From contig CAYLMU010000003.1 of NCBI GenBank assembly GCA_964385105.1, forward strand, positions 2,470 through 66,469: a stretch of 64,000 nucleotides of DNA. Direction: 5' to 3'. Made by a program: the position numbers and the translations under genes. Below are positions 20,398 to 28,365 of the stretch, one piece after another (position 1 is the first letter of the stretch; each line of letters begins with the position of its first letter). This DNA is from an uncultured Candidatus Saccharibacteria bacterium (GTDB taxonomy: Bacteria; Patescibacteriota; WWE3; UBA101185; UBA10185). The notes beneath the pieces were generated by a model. It was not told the DNA's origin, did not search any database, and saw only the letters and a list, made by a program, of their open reading frames with translations.

Positions 20398-20542
20398 GTT
20401 TAACCGCTATTAGATAATCGGTTAAACACAAATTTAATACTTTTGCTTATAAGAGGGAAAATGGCGTGTGCATTTTCCCTCAAATCCCATTGTTTTGGTT
20501 GTTACAGTCGTCAAGGGCGCTACCGCGCCTATCCTTGACGAC
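20398..20542. promoter_or_regulatory. Cluster of three perfect inverted repeats between the recombinase and the 362-aa cargo gene. Candidate operator, origin (ori/oriT) or attP-derived site of the element.
   Basis: IR1 gtttaaccg-N12-cggttaaac (20398-20427). IR2 gggaaaatg-N7-cattttccc (20455-20479). IR3 gtcgtcaagg-N16(GC-rich)-ccttgacgac (20507-20542). Confidence 0.45.
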
Positions 20543-20549
20543 CCCAATA

Positions 20550-21638
20550 CTAAAGTGTGTTTCTTAAGTTTTGTAGTAGTTCCATAACGTCTGTATCGGG
20601 GGCGTTTACAGCAAGATTACTTGGTATTTTTAAATCAAATTTAAAATCTTTTAATGTGTTAATTATTCCTATATCAGCATTTTTCAACAAATCCAAGCGT
20701 TTTTTAACAGTGCTTAAAGTTAAATTATCTTCAAGGATAATTCTATTTTGCTTTTCCTGTGTTTTATCCGCACAATACCAAGTGTTTACAAACTGAAACA
20801 GATTTATAGCCTTCTTCTTATCGTAAACCGATTGTAGTTTGTTAAAAACTTCAATCATATCCATAGACTCATAATTGTTCGTTTTTACAAGTTCTGATAA
20901 TGACTGCTTAAGTAAATCCTCAATAATGTTGGTATCACGTATTCTGGTATAGTTGCTATCTTTCTCACCAAACACCTGTTGAATTTTCTTTTTGTGCATG
21001 GTTACTTCTGTTCTAAAGATACCTTCACTAAACTCATGTAATTTATATGCAAAGTTTGGGTCTATTTTTCTAATATCTTTAAAGTCGTGGGCTTTAAATT
21101 CCGGCTGTTTCTGATAAAACTTAAGTTTATATGTATTACCCCAATAAGTTAGCGATTCATCATCAATTAAAATCTTCTTTTTTCTTGGATATTCATAACT
21201 TGAAAGATTAGTGATAATACATTTACACTCTACATTTGATAGCAATTTCCAAGCGTAACAAATATCAAGTCTTTGAAGTATCCACAAAAATGGGTCTGGT
21301 AGTGTTATTTCATAAAACTGTTCAAGAATATGTTTTACTTTTTGCAATACATCAACAATTTTATCGGGATAAAGCATAAAGATATTTGTTCCATACATTA
21401 CTTTTGGTGCTGAAAATTCAATAAATATGTTATCCCAATTAAATGCAGATACATATATTTGATATCCATTTTCTTCTATAATTGGTTTTGAATAGTAGTA
21501 ACTTCCTTTTTTCTCATAAGTGTTTGTTTCTTCTTCCTGTATCTCTGGTTCAATTTCTCTTTTTTCATAGAATTTCTTTTTACAAACATCAAAAATATCT
21601 TTATTACTTGGGATTTTCCATCGGGTAGTGTCTAACAT
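20550..21638 (-). CDS. Hypothetical protein (362 aa), cargo of the integrated element. Possibly replication/maintenance-associated (speculative).
   Basis: Long ORF with normal protein-like composition. No recognisable catalytic motif. Located between the recombinase and a wHTH protein, with the IR cluster immediately 3'. Confidence 0.5.
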   Translation of the reverse strand: MLDTTRWKIPSNKDIFDVCKKKFYEKREIEPEIQEEETNTYEKKGSYYYSKPIIEENGYQIYVSAFNWDNIFIEFSAPKVMYGTNIFMLYPDKIVDVLQKVKHILEQFYEITLPDPFLWILQRLDICYAWKLLSNVECKCIITNLSSYEYPRKKKILIDDESLTYWGNTYKLKFYQKQPEFKAHDFKDIRKIDPNFAYKLHEFSEGIFRTEVTMHKKKIQQVFGEKDSNYTRIRDTNIIEDLLKQSLSELVKTNNYESMDMIEVFNKLQSVYDKKKAINLFQFVNTWYCADKTQEKQNRIILEDNLTLSTVKKRLDLLKNADIGIINTLKDFKFDLKIPSNLAVNAPDTDVMELLQNLRNTL

Positions 21639-21787
21639 TTTTCCCCCTTTGGAATTGGTCTGTAAATTAGTTTGAAGAAATTAAGAAATTGCAGGAATAG
21701 TTTTTCCGCTTCGTTATCAGTTAGTTCTATTTTGAATTTCTTGGAATACAGTTGTTTAAACTCCTGTATTGCTTGTTTGCTTAGCAT
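21632..21787 (-). CDS. Small ORF (51 aa; MLSKQAIQEFKQLYSKKFKIELTDNEAEKLFLQFLNFFKLIYRPIPKGEKC). Its stop overlaps the start of the 362-aa gene (ATGTTAG), suggesting translational coupling.
   Basis: Read directly from the sequence. Below the 60-aa ORF-track cutoff. Predicted helical small protein (regulator or Xis-like?). Confidence 0.3.
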   Translation of the reverse strand: MLSKQAIQEFKQLYSKKFKIELTDNEAEKLFLQFLNFFKLIYRPIPKGEKC

Positions 21788-21834
21788 AACTAAGCCCAAG
21801 CGTAGTGCTTAACAGGGGTTATGTTGCAACAGTT

Positions 21835-22404
21835 CTAGTCGTTATGTTCTTGTTCTAAAATTCTTCGCTTTACGGCTAATCTATAAGCTCCTTTGCCGTA
21901 TGATTCTATTCCTACAAAAGGGGATAATTTTGGGTAGTTTTTTAGTTTGTTTTGAAGATTGTTTAAAGTTGCTCTTGCTTTATCAGGGCCACAACCAAGT
22001 TGTTTAGCAATTAATTGAGTTTCTACAAATTCTCCCTTTGCGTCTGTTAATAGTTTAAATGCATTCTTTGCTTTGCTATTTTTCTTTTCAAAATCAATCT
22101 TTCCAAATCTTCCAAATTTATAGTATGTAAAGTTTCCACCCCACGAGAAATCAACAGGAAATTCTTTTCCCTTTAATGTATCAATAAATACTGGTTCTAT
22201 TTTCTCTTTTTTGGTAAGTAGTTTCTTTACTAATCCTGCAAACTCAAGTGGTGTTCTTACATCATGTTTTAAGGCTAAATACAGTCTTACTGCAATAACA
22301 CCCAATATCATTGCAAATACCCACCAAATTCTAATTACAGCCTCAAAAAAAGCTTTAGGAACACTATCCCACATTGTGTTTACTATTTCGTTATACATTT
22401 CCAT
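21835..22404 (-). CDS. Membrane-anchored protein with a C-terminal winged-helix DNA-binding-like domain.
   Basis: N-terminal TM (IWWVFAMILGVIAVRLYLAL). C-terminal ...FVETQLIAKQLGCGPDKARATLNNLQNKLKNYPKLSPFVGIESYGKGAYRLAV resembles wHTH regulators. Confidence 0.5.
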   Translation of the reverse strand: MEMYNEIVNTMWDSVPKAFFEAVIRIWWVFAMILGVIAVRLYLALKHDVRTPLEFAGLVKKLLTKKEKIEPVFIDTLKGKEFPVDFSWGGNFTYYKFGRFGKIDFEKKNSKAKNAFKLLTDAKGEFVETQLIAKQLGCGPDKARATLNNLQNKLKNYPKLSPFVGIESYGKGAYRLAVKRRILEQEHND

Positions 22405-22450
22405 ATATTTAATTTTGAGCAGGGGAATACATTGCTATTTTACTATATAA

Positions 22451-22497
22451 AACAAAAAAGCTCAGAACACCTGCATATGATTGCAAAATGTCTGAGC
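22451..22497 (-). terminator. Rho-independent (bidirectional-type) terminator 3' of the GC-rich gene.
   Basis: agctcaga...tctgagct 8-bp stem flanked by aaaaaa on one side and T-run on the other. Reverse complement gives stem then tttttgtttt. Confidence 0.5.
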
Positions 22498-22530
22498 TCT
22501 TTTGGTACTGCTTTCCTGACGTGTCGCCGA

Positions 22531-22923
22531 TTACCGTGCCGAAATGAACGCGTCGCGGTCGTACCAAACGCCCTTGTAGAACATCATGAAGCGCTCGTTA
22601 TGCCCCTCGTCGTACACGGTCGTCCAGAAGCCCGAAGTTTCCTTCGTCCAGCCGGCGGGTGCTTCGACTTCATAGAACAAATCGTCGTGGGTTTCCTTGA
22701 CCTTGAAGCCGAGACCTTCCAGATAGGGCTTGCTGTCGGGACCACTCGAAGCGCGGGCGTTCAGTTTGCGGGCGAGCATCCACTTGGCGCTTTCCGCAAT
22801 ACGGCGCTGTTCCGACTCCTCAATCCGCACGTTATCCCGCGCGGTGCGACCAGAAACGGTCATGGTGTCGGGGACTTCATCAGGGTTCGTACCAGGCTTA
22901 TACTTAGCCATTCTAACCTCCAT
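22531..22923 (-). CDS. Hypothetical 130-aa protein encoded by a conspicuously GC-rich (~55-60% GC) cassette with GC3-biased codons. Probably recently acquired from a high-GC donor.
   Basis: Strong SD (GGAGGTTAGAATG) and own terminator. The composition contrasts sharply with the ~35% GC surroundings. An overlapping plus-strand ORF (22432-22953) looks like a GC-driven shadow ORF. Confidence 0.55.
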   Translation of the reverse strand: MEVRMAKYKPGTNPDEVPDTMTVSGRTARDNVRIEESEQRRIAESAKWMLARKLNARASSGPDSKPYLEGLGFKVKETHDDLFYEVEAPAGWTKETSGFWTTVYDEGHNERFMMFYKGVWYDRDAFISAR

Positions 22924-23405
22924 TTGGGTAGTTTTGGATATGACTTATTATAACACACTATAGGGTTAGTAGCAACTTTTATAGTTGTTGATTGGTTGCC
23001 ATATATTAGCACATTCTGTGATAAAATGGGTTCTAACTTGGTATATAGTCGCCCGCCAGTTGTTTAAATCGCCTTTTTTTGATGCTAAATGTACCTATTA
23101 ATATGACTTGTTGTATTGATATGACGATATTTCTTTATCTTTAATGTTTAATTTCCAAAGTTGCTTGTGCTGATTCCTTGGGAAATTTGCTTAACTGCTC
23201 TTTTATGAGTAATTGCTAGGTATATCTCTACCACCCTTAGTATTTCCATATATTCATCACTACGTATATAATCTCTGAATATAAATCTATCAAAAAGGGA
23301 TAAAAGTGTATTTATTAATTTATCGTAGCCAAGTTGATTAATTGTGCGACCTATAGTATAGTTAGCGCTAGAAATTATTGTTAAGGATAAGATAGGGAGT
23401 TGAAA

Positions 23406-23570
23406 ATGAACAAGTCAGGCAAAGTTCGTTTTATTCGTCGTAGTGTGATTTCCTTGGCCATAGGGTGGTCAGTTTCCAGAATTTGGTTCGTTCCTCCTGT
23501 TACGGAAAGGGATCTCGTCGTCGTGCTGGTAATGTTGGTGATCATCTACATCCTGCATTACGCAGAATAA
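23406..23570 (+). CDS. Small hydrophobic ORF (54 aa; MNKSGKVRFIRRSVISLAIGWSVSRIWFVPPVTERDLVVVLVMLVIIYILHYAE), GC-elevated.
   Basis: SD-like GGGAG 8 nt upstream. Two predicted TM segments. Below the ORF-track cutoff. Speculative. Confidence 0.3.
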   Translation: MNKSGKVRFIRRSVISLAIGWSVSRIWFVPPVTERDLVVVLVMLVIIYILHYAE

Positions 23571-23796
23571 ATAGAAGATTTCACCACTAACCCAAACCCC
23601 AACTGGTTAACTACCAAGTTTTCCATGAGGGGTTTTCTTTTTATAAACCTTTTCCCAGTGATAAGATATTTATTGGATACATGGATAAATATTTTCCAAT
23701 ATCACTCCATGCTATCCGCCATAACACTGTAAATTTTAAATATGTAAAAATTCCATAAAAAAAGCTCGGGAGTCTCACTTTTATGCTAGCTAATTT

Positions 23797-24384
23797 TTAA
23801 TAATTATACAAATCCTCGTGCACCCTTTTATACGTCACCAACTCTTCAGGCTTAAACCACAAATTAATCTCTTCCTCAGCCTCCTCAATCGTACCAGATG
23901 CATGAATCATATTATAAATAGTTCTTTTTCGCAGTAGGCTGGTTATTGGCAATTCAAGCCCATAATCCCCTCTTATTGTGCCGGGTTGTGCTTCAAGTGA
24001 AAACGTAGGGCCAACCAATCTTCGTACCTTTTCAACAGCATGCGGACCTTCTAAAACAAATCCAAAAACCGGCCCCATTGTTATATAATCAACATTTGCT
24101 TTATTTACCATATCACCAATTGTTTCTGGATCATTTGTTCCGTAATATTCAGTAATATCTAAACCATGCATTTCGGCATCTTCAATGCGTAAATTTCCAA
24201 CCTTAATTTTCCATTCACTATCTTTTTTGTAATGATTAGCCACTTTTTCGGCATCGGCCATAAACAACTTCGCACCAACCATCTTAAGCCCGGCTCTTTC
24301 AAACCGGTTCAAAATTTCACCAATTATTCCGCGTTGTACCGCATCGGGTTTTATTAAAATTAAAGATCGTTCTACCACCACCAT
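23797..24384 (-). CDS. ndk: Nucleoside diphosphate kinase (longer than usual, ~195 aa, with an internal insertion).
   Basis: ERSLILIKPDAVQRGIIGEILNRFERAGLKMVGAKL... and C-terminal NMIHASGTIEEAEEEINLWF match NDK signatures. Confidence 0.85.
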   Translation of the reverse strand: MVVVERSLILIKPDAVQRGIIGEILNRFERAGLKMVGAKLFMADAEKVANHYKKDSEWKIKVGNLRIEDAEMHGLDITEYYGTNDPETIGDMVNKANVDYITMGPVFGFVLEGPHAVEKVRRLVGPTFSLEAQPGTIRGDYGLELPITSLLRKRTIYNMIHASGTIEEAEEEINLWFKPEELVTYKRVHEDLYNY

Positions 24385-24400
24385 AAGCTTTTCGAGTATA

Positions 24401-25417
24401 TCACTCTAAAATCACCTCTTCAACACCGTAATCTCCTGTTGCATATACATGTAATATTGAAAATCTTGGACGTTGTAAGTTTCTTTGTGTAGCTACAGAA
24501 CCAACGACGTGGTGTGTTAGGCTATTTCGCACCGGATCCTTGTTTTCACTTGATTTGTGGTGGTCAGCCGCAAAAATAGCCTCTACCTTAGAGTCCCTAA
24601 CCGCCTCTAACAATACTTCAGCCTGTGATTTTACTTTTTTGTCAATTTTTCCGTCAAAAACACCCATTACTCTCGGGTTAACCGGATGATAAATAGGTTG
24701 AGACATTATTACAAAATCCGACTTTTTAATGTTACTTAGCTGCCAGTTTAAGGATTCTTCACTTATTGGAGTAAAGTTTGCGCTGTTGTCTAATAACAAA
24801 AAGGTTTTGCCTTGTACTTCAAACATTGAATTTGTTTCACCAAAAACTTGTATAAAATTGTCAGCTCCTACTGAATCAGCTAAATCATGATCACCGGGAA
24901 TTATATACCACTCAACGCTTGCACTGTTTAAAACCGATTTTGCAGCTTCCAGGCTTTTTATATCTCCCCATGCCGTGGCATCCCCCATATGCACAATATA
25001 ATCAACACCGGCTTCTTCAGCTTTGTTTATTGCTTTTTCCAACATATCGTTTTCATCACCTGAATCAGCAATTAACGCAACAGAAAACAATCTTTCGGAC
25101 TTTCGGTCTGAAGAAGTCTTTTCAGTTTGAACAGCTGCAACCTGCGGCAGTTCTTTATTTTGTTGTGAATTAATTTTGGTGTGTGCAAGCCGTTCTACAA
25201 ACTCACCGGCAACTACTCCTGCCGCATCCCCACTAAATCCTAATTTATTAAGAACCGGGGATGTATATTTTGATACAGCTATGGAATTAAAACTTGACAT
25301 CTGTTTAACCAACAAAGCTATAGCTATAACAAATGCACTTAAAATAACAATAGAAAATAAAGACCTAAACAGCCTTCCAAAAAGTCCGCGTTTTTTTTCT
25401 CTGCCTCTTTTTTGCAT
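24401..25417 (-). CDS. Membrane-anchored calcineurin-like metallophosphoesterase.
   Basis: N-terminal TM. Metallophosphatase motifs DYIVHMGDATAWGD, GDHDL, ADHH. Confidence 0.7.
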   Translation of the reverse strand: MQKRGREKKRGLFGRLFRSLFSIVILSAFVIAIALLVKQMSSFNSIAVSKYTSPVLNKLGFSGDAAGVVAGEFVERLAHTKINSQQNKELPQVAAVQTEKTSSDRKSERLFSVALIADSGDENDMLEKAINKAEEAGVDYIVHMGDATAWGDIKSLEAAKSVLNSASVEWYIIPGDHDLADSVGADNFIQVFGETNSMFEVQGKTFLLLDNSANFTPISEESLNWQLSNIKKSDFVIMSQPIYHPVNPRVMGVFDGKIDKKVKSQAEVLLEAVRDSKVEAIFAADHHKSSENKDPVRNSLTHHVVGSVATQRNLQRPRFSILHVYATGDYGVEEVILE

Positions 25418-25419
25418 AG

Positions 25420-27375
25420 TTACATTTTATCTGGTGCATCAATACCAAGCAAATACAGTCCATTATTAATTACAATCTTAACAGCATGCGTCAAAGTTAA
25501 TCTAAATTTCTTTAACTCCTCAGTGTCCGCCATTAAAATCGGCAAATCATTATAAAATGAGTTATATTTTTGCGACAAATCAAATAAAAATGTACACAAC
25601 AAGTTTGGCGAAAACTCAAGTGCGGATTTTTCAATAATTTCGGTAAACTGATAAATCAATCTCAAAATGTCTATTTCTTTATCTGCAAGTTTCCCTTCCA
25701 TCTCTTCAACCAAAAGCATAAAGTTATGCTCATCAAACATATAACCTGACTTTGAAAGTACAGAGTTAGCTCTTGCATGAGTGTACTGAATGTATGGCCC
25801 TGTAAACCCAACAAGATTTAATGCCGAGTCCATGTCAAAAACCAAATCCTGAAATGTATTATACTTTAGCATTTCAAACTTTATGGCGCCATTTCTAACA
25901 ACTTCTCGTGTAGCAAAATCACCATGCTCATCCATAATCTTGTTGTCAACAATTTGAATAAAATCATCAATTTTAATTCCCCAGCCTTTTCTGCCACTCA
26001 TGCCATATTGGCTTTTACCGTAACTTATATCAATTCCAAGTTTTTCTGCTGTATTAGGCGACAAATAAACAAATCCATAATTAACATGGTGCATGTTTTC
26101 GGCCTGATTTACGTAGCCCAAGTACATTAATGAATTTTTTACCGATTCCATAGCGTATGTCTGTTTCACATCAATAACATTAATTACCTTGTCAACTCCC
26201 GAAAATGTCAAGTTATTATCGTTTTGGCTATCTGATTTTGCATTTGAAGTGGTTATCCAAAGAGGCTTATCTTGAGTTTTAACATCCAGCTTTTCATAAT
26301 AAAAATCCTTTTTTAACAACCCAAACTTCCACATATGATAAGCAATATCCTTACCCGTGTAGGTAGGAACGCCATTTGATCTGACTATAATCTTATCTTC
26401 TTCAACAGCTTTATTTTCTGTATTTTCGTTATCTCCATTTTTTGACATTTTAACCAGCCAGCAACCTTTTGACGAGCCTGATTCTGCAAAGTACACATTT
26501 TCATTCTTTTTTAAAATTTCAAAAGCTTCGTCCCAAATTCCCAATGAAACAATATCTCTTTCTCTTATCACAACATCATAATCAAATCCCAACTGTTTAA
26601 ACGTACGCAATTGCTCAACAAGTATCTTTTTTGACAATTCCTCCTGTTCCTTTGATACAGCATCATTCTCATCTTCCAGCCTCTTCATCAATTCTTCACG
26701 TTCTTTTTTCAAATCCTCGCTTTTTTCAATTAAACTTTCCATTTTCGAATAAACATCCCATGCGTAATGGTCAAATTTATCATAATCTTCAGGAGATATT
26801 TGGGTTATATGCTTTGTACCCATTAATGACGTGGTCACTTGTACCCCCAAATCATTATCAAAATATTGAACTTCTATATCACCGCCCAATTTTTCATAAA
26901 CCCGTTCAATAAACTGGCCAATACAAGCATTTCTTAAATGACCTATGTGTGCAGCTTTATTAGGATTCACGTTGGAATGCTCTAGTGCAACCCCTACATC
27001 TTTAAAAATTTCACCTGACCCATAGCTGTGTTCATTGGCGATGATTTCATAGAGTACATATTGTAACCACGAATCTGACATTGAAAAGTTAATGAAGCCC
27101 GGATTGGCATATGAGATTTTTTTAAAAATGTGGTATTTATGAATGTCATGACTTACTTCATACTCCAAGTCATTTAACTCATAGCTTAGTTTTTTGGCAA
27201 TGTCTATGGGAGATTGCTTAAGTTGGGCAGATAATTTTAGTGCAACATTTGTAGCATAGTCTCCCCACTCTAAATTATTCGGATGTTCAATATGAATCTG
27301 TTCAACCGGAATTTCTATTTCATACAAATTCCAAATAGCTTTTTTTATACTTTCTTTAATAACGTGATTTATCAT
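25420..27375 (-). CDS. argS: Arginine--tRNA ligase.
   Basis: Class I HIGH motif (AAHIGHLRNACIG). ArgRS-specific YIQYTHARANSVL. C-terminal DALR-type anticodon-binding region. Contains a charged coiled-coil insertion (EDLKKEREELMKRLEDEND...). Confidence 0.85.
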   Translation of the reverse strand: MINHVIKESIKKAIWNLYEIEIPVEQIHIEHPNNLEWGDYATNVALKLSAQLKQSPIDIAKKLSYELNDLEYEVSHDIHKYHIFKKISYANPGFINFSMSDSWLQYVLYEIIANEHSYGSGEIFKDVGVALEHSNVNPNKAAHIGHLRNACIGQFIERVYEKLGGDIEVQYFDNDLGVQVTTSLMGTKHITQISPEDYDKFDHYAWDVYSKMESLIEKSEDLKKEREELMKRLEDENDAVSKEQEELSKKILVEQLRTFKQLGFDYDVVIRERDIVSLGIWDEAFEILKKNENVYFAESGSSKGCWLVKMSKNGDNENTENKAVEEDKIIVRSNGVPTYTGKDIAYHMWKFGLLKKDFYYEKLDVKTQDKPLWITTSNAKSDSQNDNNLTFSGVDKVINVIDVKQTYAMESVKNSLMYLGYVNQAENMHHVNYGFVYLSPNTAEKLGIDISYGKSQYGMSGRKGWGIKIDDFIQIVDNKIMDEHGDFATREVVRNGAIKFEMLKYNTFQDLVFDMDSALNLVGFTGPYIQYTHARANSVLSKSGYMFDEHNFMLLVEEMEGKLADKEIDILRLIYQFTEIIEKSALEFSPNLLCTFLFDLSQKYNSFYNDLPILMADTEELKKFRLTLTHAVKIVINNGLYLLGIDAPDKM

Positions 27376-27396
27376 TTTTATGATTATAACGCACTT

Positions 27397-28365
27397 TTAC
27401 TCAAAGCTAAATCTAATTGTTCCTTGTTGGTCGGTTCTTAAAACCTCAATTTTTCTACTTTTAAAATACATAAGTACTTCTTCACTCGGGTGTCCATAAC
27501 TGTTATTTCCAACACTTATCACAGCTCTTTTTATATCAAGCGCATCAATAAAAGCTTTGTTCAATCCATCTTTAGCCCCTTGATGAGATACTTTATAAAT
27601 ATCTAAGCCATTTTCTACTTTGCTAGTGATTGACTTGGTATCAATTTTTTGTAATATGTCTGATTCGGCATCACCAGTTAAAAGTACTTCGGTATCATCA
27701 TAATCAACCAACAAAACTACAGATAAATTATTTGGATTTTTGATGCTGTTTTTTTGCCTCTCATCATTTAGAAATTCACCTGAGGGCCATAAAATAATAA
27801 ATTCTACGCCGTCCAGAAGTAAACTTCCTTGTTCTATTGTTGCTTGACGCACATTCTTATTTTCAAGCAAATTTTTGAAATCATTATAAGCCCTACTCTT
27901 AAACGTCACATCATTGTGCAAAACCATACCAACCCTGCAGCGTTCCAATACTCTCAAAAGCCCAAACACATGATCTTTGTGCGGATGTGTTAATACAACA
28001 ACATCGAGATTACATTTTTGCAATGGCTTTAACTTATACAAAAAATAATCTATGTCATAACTTGAACCTCCATCTATTAGAACAGTTTTATTATTTGGCG
28101 TCTTCACATATATAGCGTCACCCTGACCTACATTAAAAAAAATAACATCCAAACTCCCTGAATCACTAATACCACCGTAAACCTGTTTAATAATCAAAAA
28201 AAGATAAAAAATAAAAATTAGATTAATGAACTTTCGTAAACTCATTTTTCTTAAGCAAGCGGGGAACTGCCATAGCCATAAAATAATAAAACCAAATGAA
28301 TTGTATGCTCGGTTTAAAAATAATATTTGAATAGGGAAATGTTGAAAAGAAATAGCAGACCTCAA
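27397..28365 (-). CDS. comEC: ComEC/Rec2 C-terminal part (metallo-beta-lactamase domain). Appears as a separate ORF overlapping the upstream ComEC membrane part by ~140 nt in another frame.
   Basis: MBL motifs VVVLTHPHKDHVFGL, GDAIYVKTP..TVLIDGG, VSHQG. The real start is probably the internal Met of MSLRKFINLIFIF (TM) if the gene is truly separate. Confidence 0.7.
   Translation of the reverse strand: MRSAISFQHFPIQILFLNRAYNSFGFIILWLWQFPACLRKMSLRKFINLIFIFYLFLIIKQVYGGISDSGSLDVIFFNVGQGDAIYVKTPNNKTVLIDGGSSYDIDYFLYKLKPLQKCNLDVVVLTHPHKDHVFGLLRVLERCRVGMVLHNDVTFKSRAYNDFKNLLENKNVRQATIEQGSLLLDGVEFIILWPSGEFLNDERQKNSIKNPNNLSVVLLVDYDDTEVLLTGDAESDILQKIDTKSITSKVENGLDIYKVSHQGAKDGLNKAFIDALDIKRAVISVGNNSYGHPSEEVLMYFKSRKIEVLRTDQQGTIRFSFE

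Larger units (their letters stand above)
18575..23040 (-). mobile_element. Putative integrated element (~4.4-5.2 kb) inserted next to or in the 3' end of tRNA-Ser. It carries a large serine recombinase plus four cargo ORFs. The right boundary is uncertain (23038 to ~23790).
   Basis: Recombinase ORF abuts and overlaps the tRNA-Ser. A cargo gene has GC content far above the genome background. There is an ~850-bp ORF-poor stretch before chromosomal ndk. A 12-bp direct repeat tgggttctaact occurs at 18700-18711 and 23027-23038. Confidence 0.5.

Noticed and set aside
22432-22953. 173-aa plus-strand ORF overlapping the GC-rich cassette.
   Set aside because: Arg-rich, non-protein-like composition. 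It lies antisense to a gene that has a strong SD and terminator. High-GC DNA produces long spurious ORFs in all frames.
22960-23400. Possible duplicated tRNA-Ser 3' segment (attR) expected for a tRNA-targeting integrase.
   Set aside because: Searched by eye for ttcgaatccctcc-like sequence between 22950 and 23800 and found none. Large serine recombinases do not require such duplication, so its absence is not informative.
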